Below are positions 40,560 through 55,290 of a stretch of 64,000 bases of DNA, piece by piece (the first letter of the stretch is position 1; each line of letters opens with the position of its first letter). Below the pieces are notes generated by a model. The model was given only the letters and a program-made list of their open reading frames with translations. It made no database searches and had not been told where the DNA came from. The stretch is from contig OZ024746.1 in the NCBI GenBank assembly GCA_964016885.1, positions 27,528,001 through 27,592,000 of the forward strand. The letters run 5' to 3'. The DNA is from Eledone cirrhosa (Eukaryota). Both the position numbers and the translations under genes were made by a program.

Positions 40560-43500
40560 ATATAAGTATAATTTGACACGCTATAACTCCGGGCAATTAT
40601 TAAATAAGCAACATTATAAAGGAATAAACCACCAGATTCAACAATCCCGCGTTAAAACTTTTGAGTTTGTCGCGTGGAATCAAAGCTTCGCTTTTTAAAT
40701 TTGCGAATCGAACTTTTAACCGCATATCCATGTTTGCATCCATATATTAGTAAACACATTTTAAAGAAATCATGAAATATGTCTTAAGATTGTTTTCTCT
40801 ATATCATTCTCTATATAATAACGTACACTCGAGCCAGTAAACTTAATATCCGCCTTTGAAAACATCTAACGCAGCTGAATATTATTTATAAAATTAATTG
40901 TTTCTCCGTAGCATTTGATTGAGTATATTTTTATAGCAATCGGAAATGAGATGTAACATGTCACTCTCAAGGACATCGCTATTGTAAATAAACCTAGCTA
41001 GTCCATCGTCTCGGTTTACTCGCATGTTTTGTCGTTACTACTGTTGTTGTTGTTGTTGTTGTTGTTATTGCATCTCGCTGAATATTATTGTTAAACTGAT
41101 CGTTTCCTTTATATCAGTTATTGTTTTTTTAAACAAGATTTCCCATTTTACATCTTCATATGAACGAGAGACATGTGCAACGCCAAAAAAGCTAAAATCA
41201 TCATCACCAACTTGACAATCATCATCATCATCAGCAGCATCACTATCATAATCATCCACGTCATCCTCGATGTTATCGATATGATGATGGTGATGGTAAT
41301 GATGATGATGATGATAAAACGAGAACCACTATGGGATTATTTGAAATGCTAGAAACAGCAGCCAAATAAATATGTCAAACTATATCTTATCATTTCAATG
41401 ACAGCACCAGTAACAACAGGAACAACAACAACAACTGCAAAAAACAATAACAATAGCAACAGCAGTAACAATCGCATCAACACCAATAACAACAACAATA
41501 ACAATAACAACAGTAAAATCAACAACATTAACAATAGCAACAGCTGTATCACCGCTAACAACAACATCAGTAACAACAACAACAGTAACAATATCAACAA
41601 TATCAACAATAGCAACAGTAATAGCAATAGCAACAGAAAAGGCATTAGATGATTTGGTAGATAAACTGTGTCTAAAAAGACGATAGACAAGATGGTACAA
41701 GATAGATGACATTTATTCCTTGATAAGCCGAATAAAGACTGGCCTGGGGATAAATAACATTAAATGTAACAAGAAAAATTAAAATATAGTAACCTTGGCT
41801 CATACTGAGTATTTACCATTCTAATGGTTAAAGATTCTCTCGAAAATAAATATGTTATCCGAAATATATCAAGATTAATATAAATACCTCCAAGGTAACA
41901 TGCAAATTCCTTGTCTTTTACTATAAGTTTTCGTTCTCCGACCTTGTTACCTCAGTATTCACTTCACCATTTCTATTGTAGCGGCTTTATAAATGCACTC
42001 ATTTTTTTCCACACACCCCAATTGCTTCAAGTAAATTATGACACTCTTTTATTCTGTTTAACGCTTAGTCACAAGACACCTCAGTATGTTTCACAAAGTT
42101 CTATGCACTTTTAACGATTACATTTGACTTGAACCACTTTTGACAATCTTGTGTTATTCCAAAGATTAAGGAAATATGAAAGCTGAATAGGATTTCTGTA
42201 AGATACGAGAACAACTACGCAATACTTATAAAAATGTTCTCTTTTATAGACAGCCGTGATAAAGAAATATATGGCAAGCGCCATAGATCAAGAGATTAGT
42301 GCTTGGTAAGCCGACCGGGCGATGCAAGAAATTTCAATTTTACAATCAAAGATTCTGAAAAAGGACATTGGTAGGAAAATCAAAAGTGCAATGGATAACG
42401 ATCTACAATCACATCCTTTTCCCCTATAAACATGTTAACCTTTTGGCCAAGTCAGAAATCGATATTATATTCAAAATGAAAGACAACAAATTGGCAGATC
42501 CAGTAGAATGTACAACTAAAATATCTTGCGGTATTTGCTTTATTTACTGTGTGCACTATGTTCAAAGAATGCTAGGGTGAGCTTTTTCCTTTTATCCCTT
42601 TGCAGTCGATATAAATAAGTGTTAGCAATCTTTTGTGGTTGATTCAATCACCGAAACAATGTTCTTTTATAAAACGTAGCTTTTTCCTTAGTCAAAATAA
42701 ATCAATATTACCTCCAGTCGACATTTATCACGTTAGTTTGACACCATGCACATAAATATCTAATATAGTTTATTTCTTAACAAGAGTAACGAGTTAATCT
42801 CCCTTTCAGCCTCCTATACAACGTCGGATTCAGCAACATTCCACTCACATACATTGGTCAGTTTACCATAATAAAATTGGAACGGCTAATGCAATAGAAT
42901 TTCTATTCGGAATCTTGTTTGATAAACTCTTAAATTATTCCGCAAAGGAATATTTCTAGTATTAAATCTGGAAATGGTCATCATAATTTGTACGGATTAT
43001 TATATATTCTTTCGACAAGTTAGTTTCATTCAAGCAAACTAGACTGTGTTGCATCTCATCTTATATTAAACTGGATGCATGCATGATTGGTTAAGGGGTT
43101 AGATTCGCATTCATAAGGTACCAAGTTTGATTCCATAGTGTTACAGCTTGAGGCTACCAAATCCTCGAGGTGAAATTTGATATTTGGAAAATATGAAATC
43201 TCGTCAAATGGATTCTATATATAATACAAAGATCCGATTTTGTCACCCTATTACGTTGATTCTGCCCGAAAATAAATACACGCCGATGAAACTTGTAAGA
43301 GTGCTAACTGTAGCGATAGTGAAACGTATGTAACCACCACTCATGCACAAATGCTGAGATAATGTGACATGATATCACCTTAAAATACACACAGCAAATC
43401 CAAATGTATAAAAGTCTACATTTGCTTATATTTCGAAGCACACATAATGATAGTCTTATCACTAGGTGTGCCATGATCACTGCGTATATTACACTCAATG

Positions 43501-44462
43501 AGACTATATGTATATTTACTATACGTAAACATATTATATATGGGCTCAGATTTCTGAATGTAACGCAGTTCAATCAAAGAGCATCTTACATGTTTCTTTA
43601 CTCTATATATTGACTAAGGTTAACAAAACTAGAATGAACTATCGGTGGAGACGTCAATGAAATAATATCTCTTTCTAGTGCACACCTAGCTGAATCTAAA
43701 ACATATTGTTATTGGGTTGTTATTCACTTCTAATTTAACTTCGATCACATGTCAGTGTCGATTGCTTGGAATTTCTGATTCAAATCCATATGACAGCTAA
43801 TCCATTTGCTTTATGTATACAAACGAGAACATAAATAAAAGAAGAAAGTAAAATAATAAAAAAAATATACTGTGGCAACTTTCCCAAATGGGTTTTGTTA
43901 GAATGGTGTATAAGTTTTTGTTTTATTTTTGACAAGGGAATAATAGTTCGTTCACCAATAATTCGTTTTATGTTTCGGCTTCCAATTACAGATAAACAAG
44001 AAAGGCAACAACAACATAAAAAAAACGACAACAACTACAAAACAACAACGGCAATAACAACAACAAACACAACAATAAAACAGTAATAACAACATCAACA
44101 ACACGAATAGCAGAAGCAGGATGTAGCTGTCTTAGTTAGAGAAATGTACCAGAATAACCCAGATATTCCTTACTGGTTTGTCTTCTGACTTGATTCATGA
44201 ATATTTATGACTGGCGGATGAGATGAACTTATTGGCGTGCCCTTCCTTACTAGAGTAATATCCTGAAAAGCTATACATAAAGACTTTACACACATATAAA
44301 CACACATAAACGAACAAACACACACGCATGCAAACACACAAATACACAGAAAACACACAAACACACATAAACACAAACAGACACAGACAAATACACATAC
44401 ACACATATAGGTTTTATATATCTTAGGTTTTATAAAACGAAGTAAAAATTAACATGTAAGCA

Positions 44463-44585
<123 letters not shown>

Positions 44586-45415
44586 AATGGAAGTTCAGCA
44601 TATTCGAAGCTCTGGCTGTAGCTATGCTAACGAATGCAATCGGAATGTGCAGCTAAGCACTCGATAAGGTATTTTACCTTAGAGTAATAACATTACGTTT
44701 AGAAAGCTTGGCAAATTGAAGATTGCGACCGGTAAGCCAGCCGCAAGGACAAAAGCAACGAGAAAACCAACTCAGGTTAATTTGACAAACCTGGACCATC
44801 GCGTCGATATTAAGCAACATCTCCGGTAGGTTTCTGTGAAATCGAAATCAACAAAATCAACTTGCGGGTTATGCAAGTTATTGGTTATGTATATATAGTA
44901 ATGATAATAATATTTATAATTATATATGGTTTATATATAATTATAAATATGAAGGGTAGTACCAAGCACTAGCAAATTACGGGTATTTCTCTACCATAAT
45001 GCATGCCATTTTTAACATTTTAAACATTTTTAACACTTTTAACATACTTCAACATTCTGTATGCTTGTTTTATTTATTGTATAACTCTTACCTTATGCAT
45101 GCCTTTATTAACTTTATTAACTGTTGCATTATATACCCTTAACATTAACTGCTTTTCACTGCTATGATATATTTTACCTTTCCTCTCTTACATCTGTTTT
45201 GCTTGTATCTTTTGCACATGTATTACCTTAGAGAATATATAATATGCTCAATATTTCACTTTTCACCATTGTTCCTTATACTGTGATTTCTGTAGCATAA
45301 CATCTTTTTGTAACTCCTGCTTTTCTATATGTTGTCACTGACACTGCCAATAGTTATGTATCTATATAAATGTTCTGAAGACTATGATTTTAATTACCTG
45401 TTTAAATAGTGTGTA

Positions 45416-45462
45416 TGCTCCGATGAATCCAGACATTCGTCTGGAAGAAACAATTGTCAGCA
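45416..45462 (+). ncRNA. Type I hammerhead ribozyme with U4-to-C core variant
   Basis: tgct-CCGATGA-a-tccagac-attc-gtctgga-a-GAAA-caattg-TC-agca. All three stems are present. About 90 bp upstream of (TA)n. Confidence 0.78.
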
Positions 45463-45548
45463 ATTAAATACATTAAACTAAGATTTGATTGTTTTATATT
45501 TTGTATAGGGTGAAAGCAGTGATTCTTTGCTCAATCTTTAATCTGTTA

Positions 45549-45624
<76 letters not shown>

Positions 45625-45635
45625 AACACATATAT

Positions 45636-45666
<31 letters not shown>

Positions 45667-45672
45667 AACACA

Positions 45673-46568
<896 letters not shown>

Positions 46569-46588
46569 TATATATATATATATATACG

Positions 46589-46623
<35 letters not shown>

Positions 46624-46634
46624 ACACACACCCC

Positions 46635-46684
<50 letters not shown>

Positions 46685-47354
46685 TACATATTTATATATA
46701 TATATATATATAAACACACATATATATATATGCATATAAATATATATATGTGTGTGAGTGTGATTGTGTGTATGTGTGCGTGCGTGTGTGGATACACCAC
46801 CTCCTTTTATGTCAAAAGGCAAAGTAGACATTCAATAATTACTAATCGCGAAAATAATAATACCTCACTGAAATAAGTAAAGGGATCGATATGATAAACT
46901 AAAAAGCGTTGATCGCAGTTCAATAACTGGGACTACTCAGAAAACACAAGTGTAATAATATAGTTTTTAAATTGTCAGAACAAATCAAATCGCTTTTGTA
47001 TAATTTCTTTCAAAGCGAACGTTTAGTTCAATCTCTTCTCCCAAAATGGATAATGAGCAATGTGTAATGTGTAATGGAAGACGGGTGGGACTAAAGAAAC
47101 TAAATTAGAAGCCTAAATATTCTAAAATCATGGCAACATAGAAATTATAGGAGAGGGCTTGGTTAATAGACAGACCTATCGTTTATTTAACACGTTGTGG
47201 CTAATTCAAAATAAATACAGATTCACAGACATATCTTCCTAACACTATGTTTCTCTCTCTATACCATACATATCATACATATATATACATACATATGATA
47301 CATATATATACATATAAGACATATATATACATATAATACATATATATACATATA

Positions 47355-47690
47355 ATACTTCGTTTTCTTTCTTTCTTTTCTTTTTTTTCTCTATAACTGT
47401 CCCTAACATTTTTCACTACCAAATCAACTTTTTAAATGGAAGTTGAAGTGTAAGGTATGTCAAATCTATCTATTTATATGACTGTTTATATTGTATTTTG
47501 TCTGATGAAGGCATACCATATTTTTAATATGATATCCCTGAAATATATATAATGAAATAAATATGGTTTTATAAATATAGTTTCCATTTATTTAATATCG
47601 TAAATATACTCCAAATACTTGTTGAGTGCTTTTATATCAGTTATAAATATTTACTCGTTGTAACCCAACAATTTAAATAAAACTTTGCAT
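47355..47690 (+). mobile_element. Non-coding hammerhead-bearing insert (family shared with 53300-53735 and 25927-26002)
   Basis: 47487-47690 aligns with the reverse complement of 53300-53503. Ends tttgc-(AT)n. Confidence 0.8.
47494..47559 (+). ncRNA. Type I hammerhead ribozyme
   Basis: tattttgt-CTGATGA-aggcataccata-tttttaa-tatgatatccct-GAAA-tatata-TA-atgaaata. Confidence 0.82.
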
Positions 47691-48149
47691 ATATATACAT
47701 ATATATTTATATACGTACATACACATATACATGGTTACATAAGAACACACCTACATACATATATACATACAGATATATATATGTGTATATATAAGTATAT
47801 ATATGTATATATAAGTATATATATATATATATGTATATAGATATATAAGTGTATATGTATATATACATATTCATTTTATTAAGGCGAAACTCCAGAGTAA
47901 AAGACTCCCTATTTACCCTAAATAAAATGAATATTAAAACTCCACTTCGGTATTGAGTGCTCTTTTCTCTCTCTCTCTCTCTCACACACACAAACAAACA
48001 CAAACACACACGCACGCACACACATACACACATATACATGCATATATAGATTAGATAGATGTATACATATTCATATATATATATATATATGTATATACAG
48101 TATATATATATAAATATATAGATATGTATGATGTATATATGTACATGTT

Positions 48150-48187
<38 letters not shown>

Positions 48188-48208
48188 TGATATATATATG
48201 TACATGTT

Positions 48209-48262
<54 letters not shown>

Positions 48263-48266
48263 GTGA

Positions 48267-48381
48267 AGGCGTGTGGCTGAGTGGTTAGAGAATTGGATTC
48301 GCAATCGTAAGGTTGTGAGTTCGATTCCTGGACCAGTCGATGCGTTATGTCCTTGAGCAAGACACTTTATTTCACGTTGCA
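48267..48381 (+). mobile_element. tRNA-derived SINE head plus start of body (older family)
   Basis: gtggctgagtggttaga (A box), gagttcgattcc (B box), then gtccttgagcaagacacttta. Degenerate relatives near 21125, 27880, 43080, 57120, 57690 and 62885. Confidence 0.75.
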
Positions 48382-48483
48382 CCTTCTACCTGGAGTTGCG
48401 ACCGATAGATAGCATTAGCAATTGGAAAGACCAACGGAAACATTGTTCCCTCGGTCCGATTTGACGAAAGTCGATCTTTCCTT

Positions 48484-48522
<39 letters not shown>

Positions 48523-48715
48523 ATATATAAGATCAAAAGATGGTTAAAAGAGTTCCATGTATTTTATTATGCGCATTTCAAAAACAAATATCATCATGCA
48601 ATAACATTTGTACTACAAATAGCGTGCTTCTTATCCGATATCTGCATTGCTTTATTGTACTACAATAAAACTCACATCCTACATATATATATTTATATAT
48701 ATATATATATATATA

Positions 48716-48958
48716 TGGGATAACAGGTTATCGTTATGGCAGTCCACTTAGATGTAGTCCAGTTGGAGTAGTTCTTGTAGTTGATAGTATTAACATGTAG
48801 CTTAGTTTGACTCAACAAGACATTTCCATAGTGATCTTGCGAGTTCGCGGTGATTTTTATGTAGTTTATACTTGGAGTAATAATAGTTCAAGAAAGAAGA
48901 GTGACATGGTTCGCTATACAATAAGGGCTTTATTCAAATTGCTGACAATTGTTTCTTT
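48716..48958 (-). mobile_element. Diverged copy of the 17640-17880 tail retaining the hammerhead 3' half
   Basis: Minus strand reads GAAAcaattgTCagca...ttgttgagtcaaac...ttatccca-(TA)n. Confidence 0.65.
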
Positions 48959-49356
48959 GATCTAGGGTTCGCTATACGCCTGATTTTGCGCAAATCGATC
49001 TCCTATACTTTGTTTATAACCAGTCTGTTTCAGCGGGTGAAATGAAGAAAATACATAAGGCATGGTTTTTATATAAGTGTGGTATTAAACCAAAACAATA
49101 ATATCAATAATAAAATAAAATAACTAGATAGCATACAATTAAAATAATAACATCAATGTAAGTAAGAGATAGAGTACAATGGAGAATCTAGCATGTTAAA
49201 CAGACTGATATGATACAGATGTATGGAATTGATATGTGAAAACTGTTATACAAACACACACGCACGCACACACGCACAAACACACACGCACGCACACACA
49301 TACACACATATACATATATATATATATAGATGTATACATATTCATATATATATATA

Positions 49357-49849
49357 TTTGGACATCCTGCAGGACTAAAAATAAAACCTGTCAAAGGGCA
49401 AAGGAGCTCTTAAGAGTCAATGGCCATCCAAAATCACCGGGAGAGATGACCCCTTAGCCTTTGTCAAGGCAGAATTCTAGGAGAAGGAAAACTCTGATAT
49501 AACACCTGCAACCCTGATGGTATCCAATGATGTTGACTTGTTCTTCTTTTTGGTAAATATCATCTTGGTTAAGAGAGTGGGACTGGCTTTGTGCAGTGCC
49601 TTTGCTCACTATAAAAGCTTCACGGCACAGGCATTGCTTTATATCTGGAGATCTCCCTGCACTTGTCGTCACATGGTACCATGGGCCCAGCACTATGTGT
49701 CAATAATTGTCACAAGTGTAGTGTTTGTACCAGAGTTTTCAAGTCTCTGGCTGGACTAAAAAGTCACACTCGTTCAGCGCATCGGTAGGAGTTCTCCTAC
49801 ATGGATATAAAGTAGTGACCGTACTCGAAAACGAGTTGGCAGCCACCAT
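49357..49849 (+). mobile_element. ~610-bp non-coding retroposon, copy 4 (5' truncated)
   Basis: Starts at tttggacatcctgcagg. Same 3' end gcagccacc-(AT)n. Confidence 0.9.
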
Positions 49850-50039
49850 ATATATATATATATATGTATATATATGTATATATAAATGTATATATATATA
49901 TATATATATAAATATAGATATGTTATTATAATATATATATTCGAAAGTAAGGTTTTTTGATATGTCCCACACGGCTTAAACTATAGAAAATGCATTTGGA
50001 GTCTTTCAGAAGGTTTATTTACAATAATTTAAGACTTTA

Positions 50040-50172
50040 CCGTTATATTACAAAATCCGTTATATTACTATAATTGTTATATTACTATAACTGTTATATT
50101 ACTATAACTGTTATATTACTAAAATTGTTATATTACTAAAACTGTTATATTACTAACTCCGTTATATTACTA
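50040..50172. repeat. ~17-bp tandem repeat (ctgttatattactataa)
   Basis: About 8 units visible. Confidence 0.88.
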
Positions 50173-50785
50173 GATCTGTCAAAATTCTTGATTAATTTTC
50201 AAAATGATTTGAAAAACAGAGGCTTTTCTTTCATAAGAAATATTATAAGGAAATCTGTAGAATGAGGCGTGTTATAATGGGAACAGACAATCACATTAAC
50301 AAGAGGTAAGTAGCCATTTGGAGACATTGTAATTTGGTAGAATACTTAGGTAGCTTCTGTATCACACACACAGATGAATACTCAGACACCAGAAGCACAC
50401 AGATAAACACACGCTCCGATACAGATACACACACACACAGAGAAATGCACACACACACATACTCAAACACCTACATACACGCACATGCGCTCTTACAGAC
50501 ACATACATGCACGCACACTGTCTCACAAGGCTGCACACACAGACAATCACATAGTCACACAGACATGCACACACAGATCCACACATGCACACACACATAG
50601 AACCACAGACACACACAAATATATATACATGCACACTCCCCGTGGTTTCCTGAACAACAATTAATTATCCGGTAGTACATAACTAACCCAGCTGGGATTA
50701 ATAAAAGTTGTGCCTTCCTCTGATGCGAGAGCCTTTAAAATCTGCCCCACACGCCGTTATACCAGCTTACTTGCTGTTTGCATAC

Positions 50786-50841
<56 letters not shown>

Positions 50842-52341
50842 AACTCTGTCTCTCTCTCTCTCTATCTCTCTCTCTCTGTCTCTCTCCCCTCTCTCTTTCT
50901 CTCTCTCTCTCTTTCTCTGCCCACTCTTTCTCCCCCTCTGTCTCTTCCTCTCCTCCTCTCTCTCCCTATCTCTCTTTCTCCCCCCTCTCTGTTTCTCTAT
51001 CTCACTTTCTCCCTTTCATGCTAACTATTTTTCTGTCTCCTTTTCTCCCTCTCAGCATCCCTCTCTTTCTCTCTCTTTGTTTCTTTTTCTCCCTCCTCTC
51101 TCCGTGTACACACATCACACTTACATACACACCTATTCACACTGTACATTTACAACATACAAACTGCACCGTTCCTACTTACATAGTCATGCACACACAT
51201 ATGCCCACTTATTCATACTTATCATATATACCACGTATACACTCACGCACACACATATAGATTCACATGTCCACTCCCTGAGACACACTGCATATGAACA
51301 ACTGATACACACATACTCACATACTCACGCACTGCTCTGTTCACTGCGTTTTGCTCTGTTCACTGCATTTATACAAAAATTCCACCACACACATACACAT
51401 AAACACATATAAATCCACACACATACACACATACACACCGTACTTTCACTTACCCACATACACTTTAACACCGTACTCACACACATTTCCCACAACACAC
51501 ATCCTAATATGCTCATGCACTTACTTCAAATAGTGTCTACCTTATGTCAAAAAATTACCATTTTATTCAATTCTGTTCAACCCACTTCCGTTTTACTCAC
51601 TTCTTCTTTACCCACTTCTGTTCTACCCACCTACACTCTATCTACTTACGTTCTAACCACCCTTTCTAGCGACTTCCGCCCTAGCCTTGTATCTCCAAAT
51701 ACAGTTCCAGTTCGTTCCAGACTTTGTGAGTGAAATTGGGTTGAAGGAGACTATAGAGTCCCTACCTGTAATTCAAAGGTACCTCATTATCATACATTGT
51801 ATTACGCTGAATCTCCCTGAGTATTATGTTAAAGATACCCAACTTTGGAGAATCCGCAGCCACTATCCCGTTAATTTCACGAACAAATCGATCTGTCGAT
51901 GTAATCGTTCTGTCGACTGAGATCCATTGAATTCCAATCTATAAATTGAAAACCGAAGCTATCCATTTCTTAAAAAGAACACTTATTGCAGAGATATTTT
52001 ATATAAGTAATATAGAAATGGAAAGTTGAGTTGAGAACAAAAAACTAATGTTTCTTTCTATTGGTATTTCCATTGCTCACACTAACCGCTGGTTGCCACA
52101 CTTGGTAGAATGCAGCTAGATTTGAGCATATGCAGATCAGATGCCACAAAGCATCTACACGAAATCTTTAATTTTTCGCGCCATTCAATCTGCCCCTGGG
52201 CTGGTAATGTATTCATAGATCGAATGAAACTGCAAGTTGGTTTCGGGGCAATTTGAACTCAGGGATCAGAGAACCGAATCAAATACCAAAGCATTTATTC
52301 CAATGTTCAAATGAGTCAATTCGCCTCGTATAGCTATTCTA

Positions 52342-52728
52342 ATAATTGTTTCTATTTTAGGCACAAGGCCAGCAATTATCCAGTACATTACTGGTACTTT
52401 ATTTTATCGACTCCGTAAGGATGAAAGGCAAAGTTAACCTCGGCGGGATTTGAACTCAGATCGTAAAGGGACGTAACTATGCTGGAAAGCATCTCCGACC
52501 CTCTACCGATACCGCCATTCACCGCCCTTTATAGCTATTCTAATAATTGTTTCTACTTTAGGCACAAGGCCAGCAATTACCCAGTGCATTACTGGTACTT
52601 TATTTTATCGACCCCGTAAGGATGAAAGGCAAAGTCAACCTCGGCGGGATTTGAACTCAGATCGTAAAGGGACGTAACTATGCTGGAAAGCATGGCGTCC
52701 GACCCTCTACCGATACTGCCAATCCACC
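52342..52728 (-). mobile_element. Tandem pair of young SINEs
   Basis: Copies at 52342-52527 and 52543-52728. TSD tatagctattctaataat at 52329-52346 and 52530-52547. Confidence 0.9.
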
Positions 52729-53430
52729 TCTAATAATAATCAACTAATGGCGATATACCGTTTTCGTCACGTAGACAGTTTTAGTAAGATACAAAGATGA
52801 GGGAGTATAATAAATTAACGAAACCTCAGTACTGTCTTATGGGCAATCCATTTTAGAAAGCTGTGAAAGGATGCAACTCTAAAACAGTCCTGGTGGGATT
52901 TCAAACATATATGTGGCAAAGATAAAAGTTCTATACATATCTACAAAACCTGACAAGACCCCTTTTGTCAACACACACTCACACATCTGCAAACATATAC
53001 ACACAGACTCATAACTACATACATGTTAAAGAAAACTTGTAAAATTATACATATATGCATATACATACATACATGCATACACATACCTATATATACATAC
53101 ATATATGCATATACATACATATATACATACATATATGCATATACATACATATGTACATATATTCATATACATACATATATGCATATATATACATATATAC
53201 ATACATATATGCGTATACATTCATATATGCATATACATACATGCATATATATATATATATAAATATATATATATAAATATATATATATAAATATATATAT
53301 GCAACATTTTTATTTAAATTGTTGGGATACAACAAGCAAATATTTTTATAACTGATATAAAGCACTCGACAAGTATTTGGAGTAAATATACGATATTAAC
53401 AAATGGAAACTACATTTATAAAACTATATC

Positions 53431-53495
53431 TATTTTATTATACATATTTCAAGGATACCATGTTAAATTATGGTATGCTTTCATCAGACAAAATA
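53431..53495 (-). ncRNA. Type I hammerhead ribozyme
   Basis: Exact inverted copy of 53626-53690. Confidence 0.85.
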
Positions 53496-53625
53496 CAATA
53501 TATACCAGTTTTATAAATAAATATTGACATACCCTTTCTTTTGGATAGTTCCGATGTCTTCCAAAAGTAACGGTTGCATTTTGAAAGGGTATGTCAATAT
53601 TTATTTATAAAACTGGTATATATTG

Positions 53626-53690
53626 TATTTTGTCTGATGAAAGCATACCATAATTTAACATGGTATCCTTGAAATATGTATAATAAAATA
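53626..53690 (+). ncRNA. Type I hammerhead ribozyme
   Basis: tattttgt-CTGATGA-aagcataccat-aatttaac-atggtatcctt-GAAA-tatgta-TA-ataaaata. 8-bp stem I. Confidence 0.85.
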
Positions 53691-53729
53691 GATATAGTTT
53701 TATAAATATAGTTTCCATTTGTTAATATC

Positions 53730-53774
<45 letters not shown>

Positions 53775-54122
53775 GTAATAATAATAAATGTGAAGACTGA
53801 TATGTATATATATATATATATGTATATGTTTATATATATATATACATATATATCCATATACTCACAACTTCTATCACAAACATACAAACACATGAAATAT
53901 GCACACACACTCACACTGAGAAATATACGCATGTATGTTATACGTATATCTATATGTATAAATATTTGTATAAATACATACATACACACCAGCATGCACG
54001 TAATCAAACTCATACATACGTATATATTTCATTATATAACCAACCCAACCGAGAATAAAAACGAGCAACGTGTATTTCTTTAGAGGGTTTGTTTGCATGT
54101 GTGCTTCCCTTTAAACACACAC

Positions 54123-54228
<106 letters not shown>

Positions 54229-54254
54229 ATATATATATACAAATATATATATAT

Positions 54255-54285
<31 letters not shown>

Positions 54286-54355
54286 ATATATAATATATTA
54301 TATATAATATATATATAATATATATATATATATACAAATATATATATACAAAATA

Positions 54356-54410
<55 letters not shown>

Positions 54411-54695
54411 ACACATATATATGCATGTATGTATATATATATATATTAGAGTTATTATGGCTCACCGTAGGTAGCATCAGCCTGAAGTAAAGTTCAACAC
54501 CATATGTAATGTGATAGCCGTGAGAAGATGTCAGCCAATTCTAACTACTTCCACCTCTAATATGGAGTATTAACAGCTTGAAACAGTGCAACCAAAAGAT
54601 AGCTAAGCTCTTATGAGTGAGTAAAGTCAACATCTTCGGATATAAAAAATAGGGGTATAGGGAAATAAACATTTGGCTTTATTATTATTATTGAA

Positions 54696-54818
54696 GGGCG
54701 GTGGATTGGCAGTATCGGTGGAGGGTTGGACGCCATGTTTTCTAGCATAGTTACGTCCCTTTACGGTCTGAGTTCAAATCCCGCCGAGGTTGACTTTGCC
54801 TTTCATCCTTACGGGATC
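54696..54818 (+). mobile_element. 3'-truncated young SINE abutting an RLE-LINE tail
   Basis: gggcggtggattggcagtatcgg..ccttacgggatc, preceded by (ATT)n. Confidence 0.85.
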
Positions 54819-54844
54819 ATTGCAAGGTATTTAAATTGATAATG

Positions 54845-55290
54845 ATCTTCTCAGGCCATGTACAGTGCTAGTCAGTACTATTTTTTCTAACACTTGCAGA
54901 GATGGCTTTCTAGATATCCGGTCCAAATATTTTTCAGCTCTCTTTTTTATCATTCCAATAGCACCTACAATCACTGGTATTGTACAGTCCTTAAGATGCT
55001 ACATTTTTTCCATTTCAATTGTTAGATCTTTATATATACTGAGCTTTCGGAACTTTTTCCAGGCGATGTTACGATCTGATGGAATGCTCGTGTCAATTAT
55101 GATACATGATTTCTCTTTATGGTCCTTCACAGTTATATCATGTCTTGCTCGTTCTGTCGGTGTTCACGGGGAAATTCCATAGAATTATCATATTCTCGCC
55201 TCATGATACTGCATCTGGGTGATGGTTGTACTATTGCCCTCTGTTTGTATACCATAAAATCTGCATATTACCTAGTGTAAATATTGCTCT
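54845..55290 (-). pseudogene. RLE-type non-LTR retrotransposon C-terminal relic (R4/Dong-like; clade uncertain)
   Basis: Minus translation RHDITVKDHKEKSCIIIDTSIPSDRNIAWKKFRKLSIYKDLTIEMEKM*HLK..IPVIVGAIGMIKK..YL...LEKIVLTSTVHGLRR fits the PD..D/K..KY RLE pattern. Confidence 0.75.

Larger units (their letters stand above)
53300..53735 (-). mobile_element. Palindromic insert: 153-bp arms, 44-bp spacer, ~86-bp tail, flanked by (TA)n
   Basis: 53386-53538 is the reverse complement of 53583-53735 (about 1 mismatch). One hammerhead per arm. Confidence 0.9.

Noticed and set aside
48267-48345. tRNA gene
   Set aside because: A and B boxes are present, but the acceptor stem is poor and it continues into a repeated SINE body.
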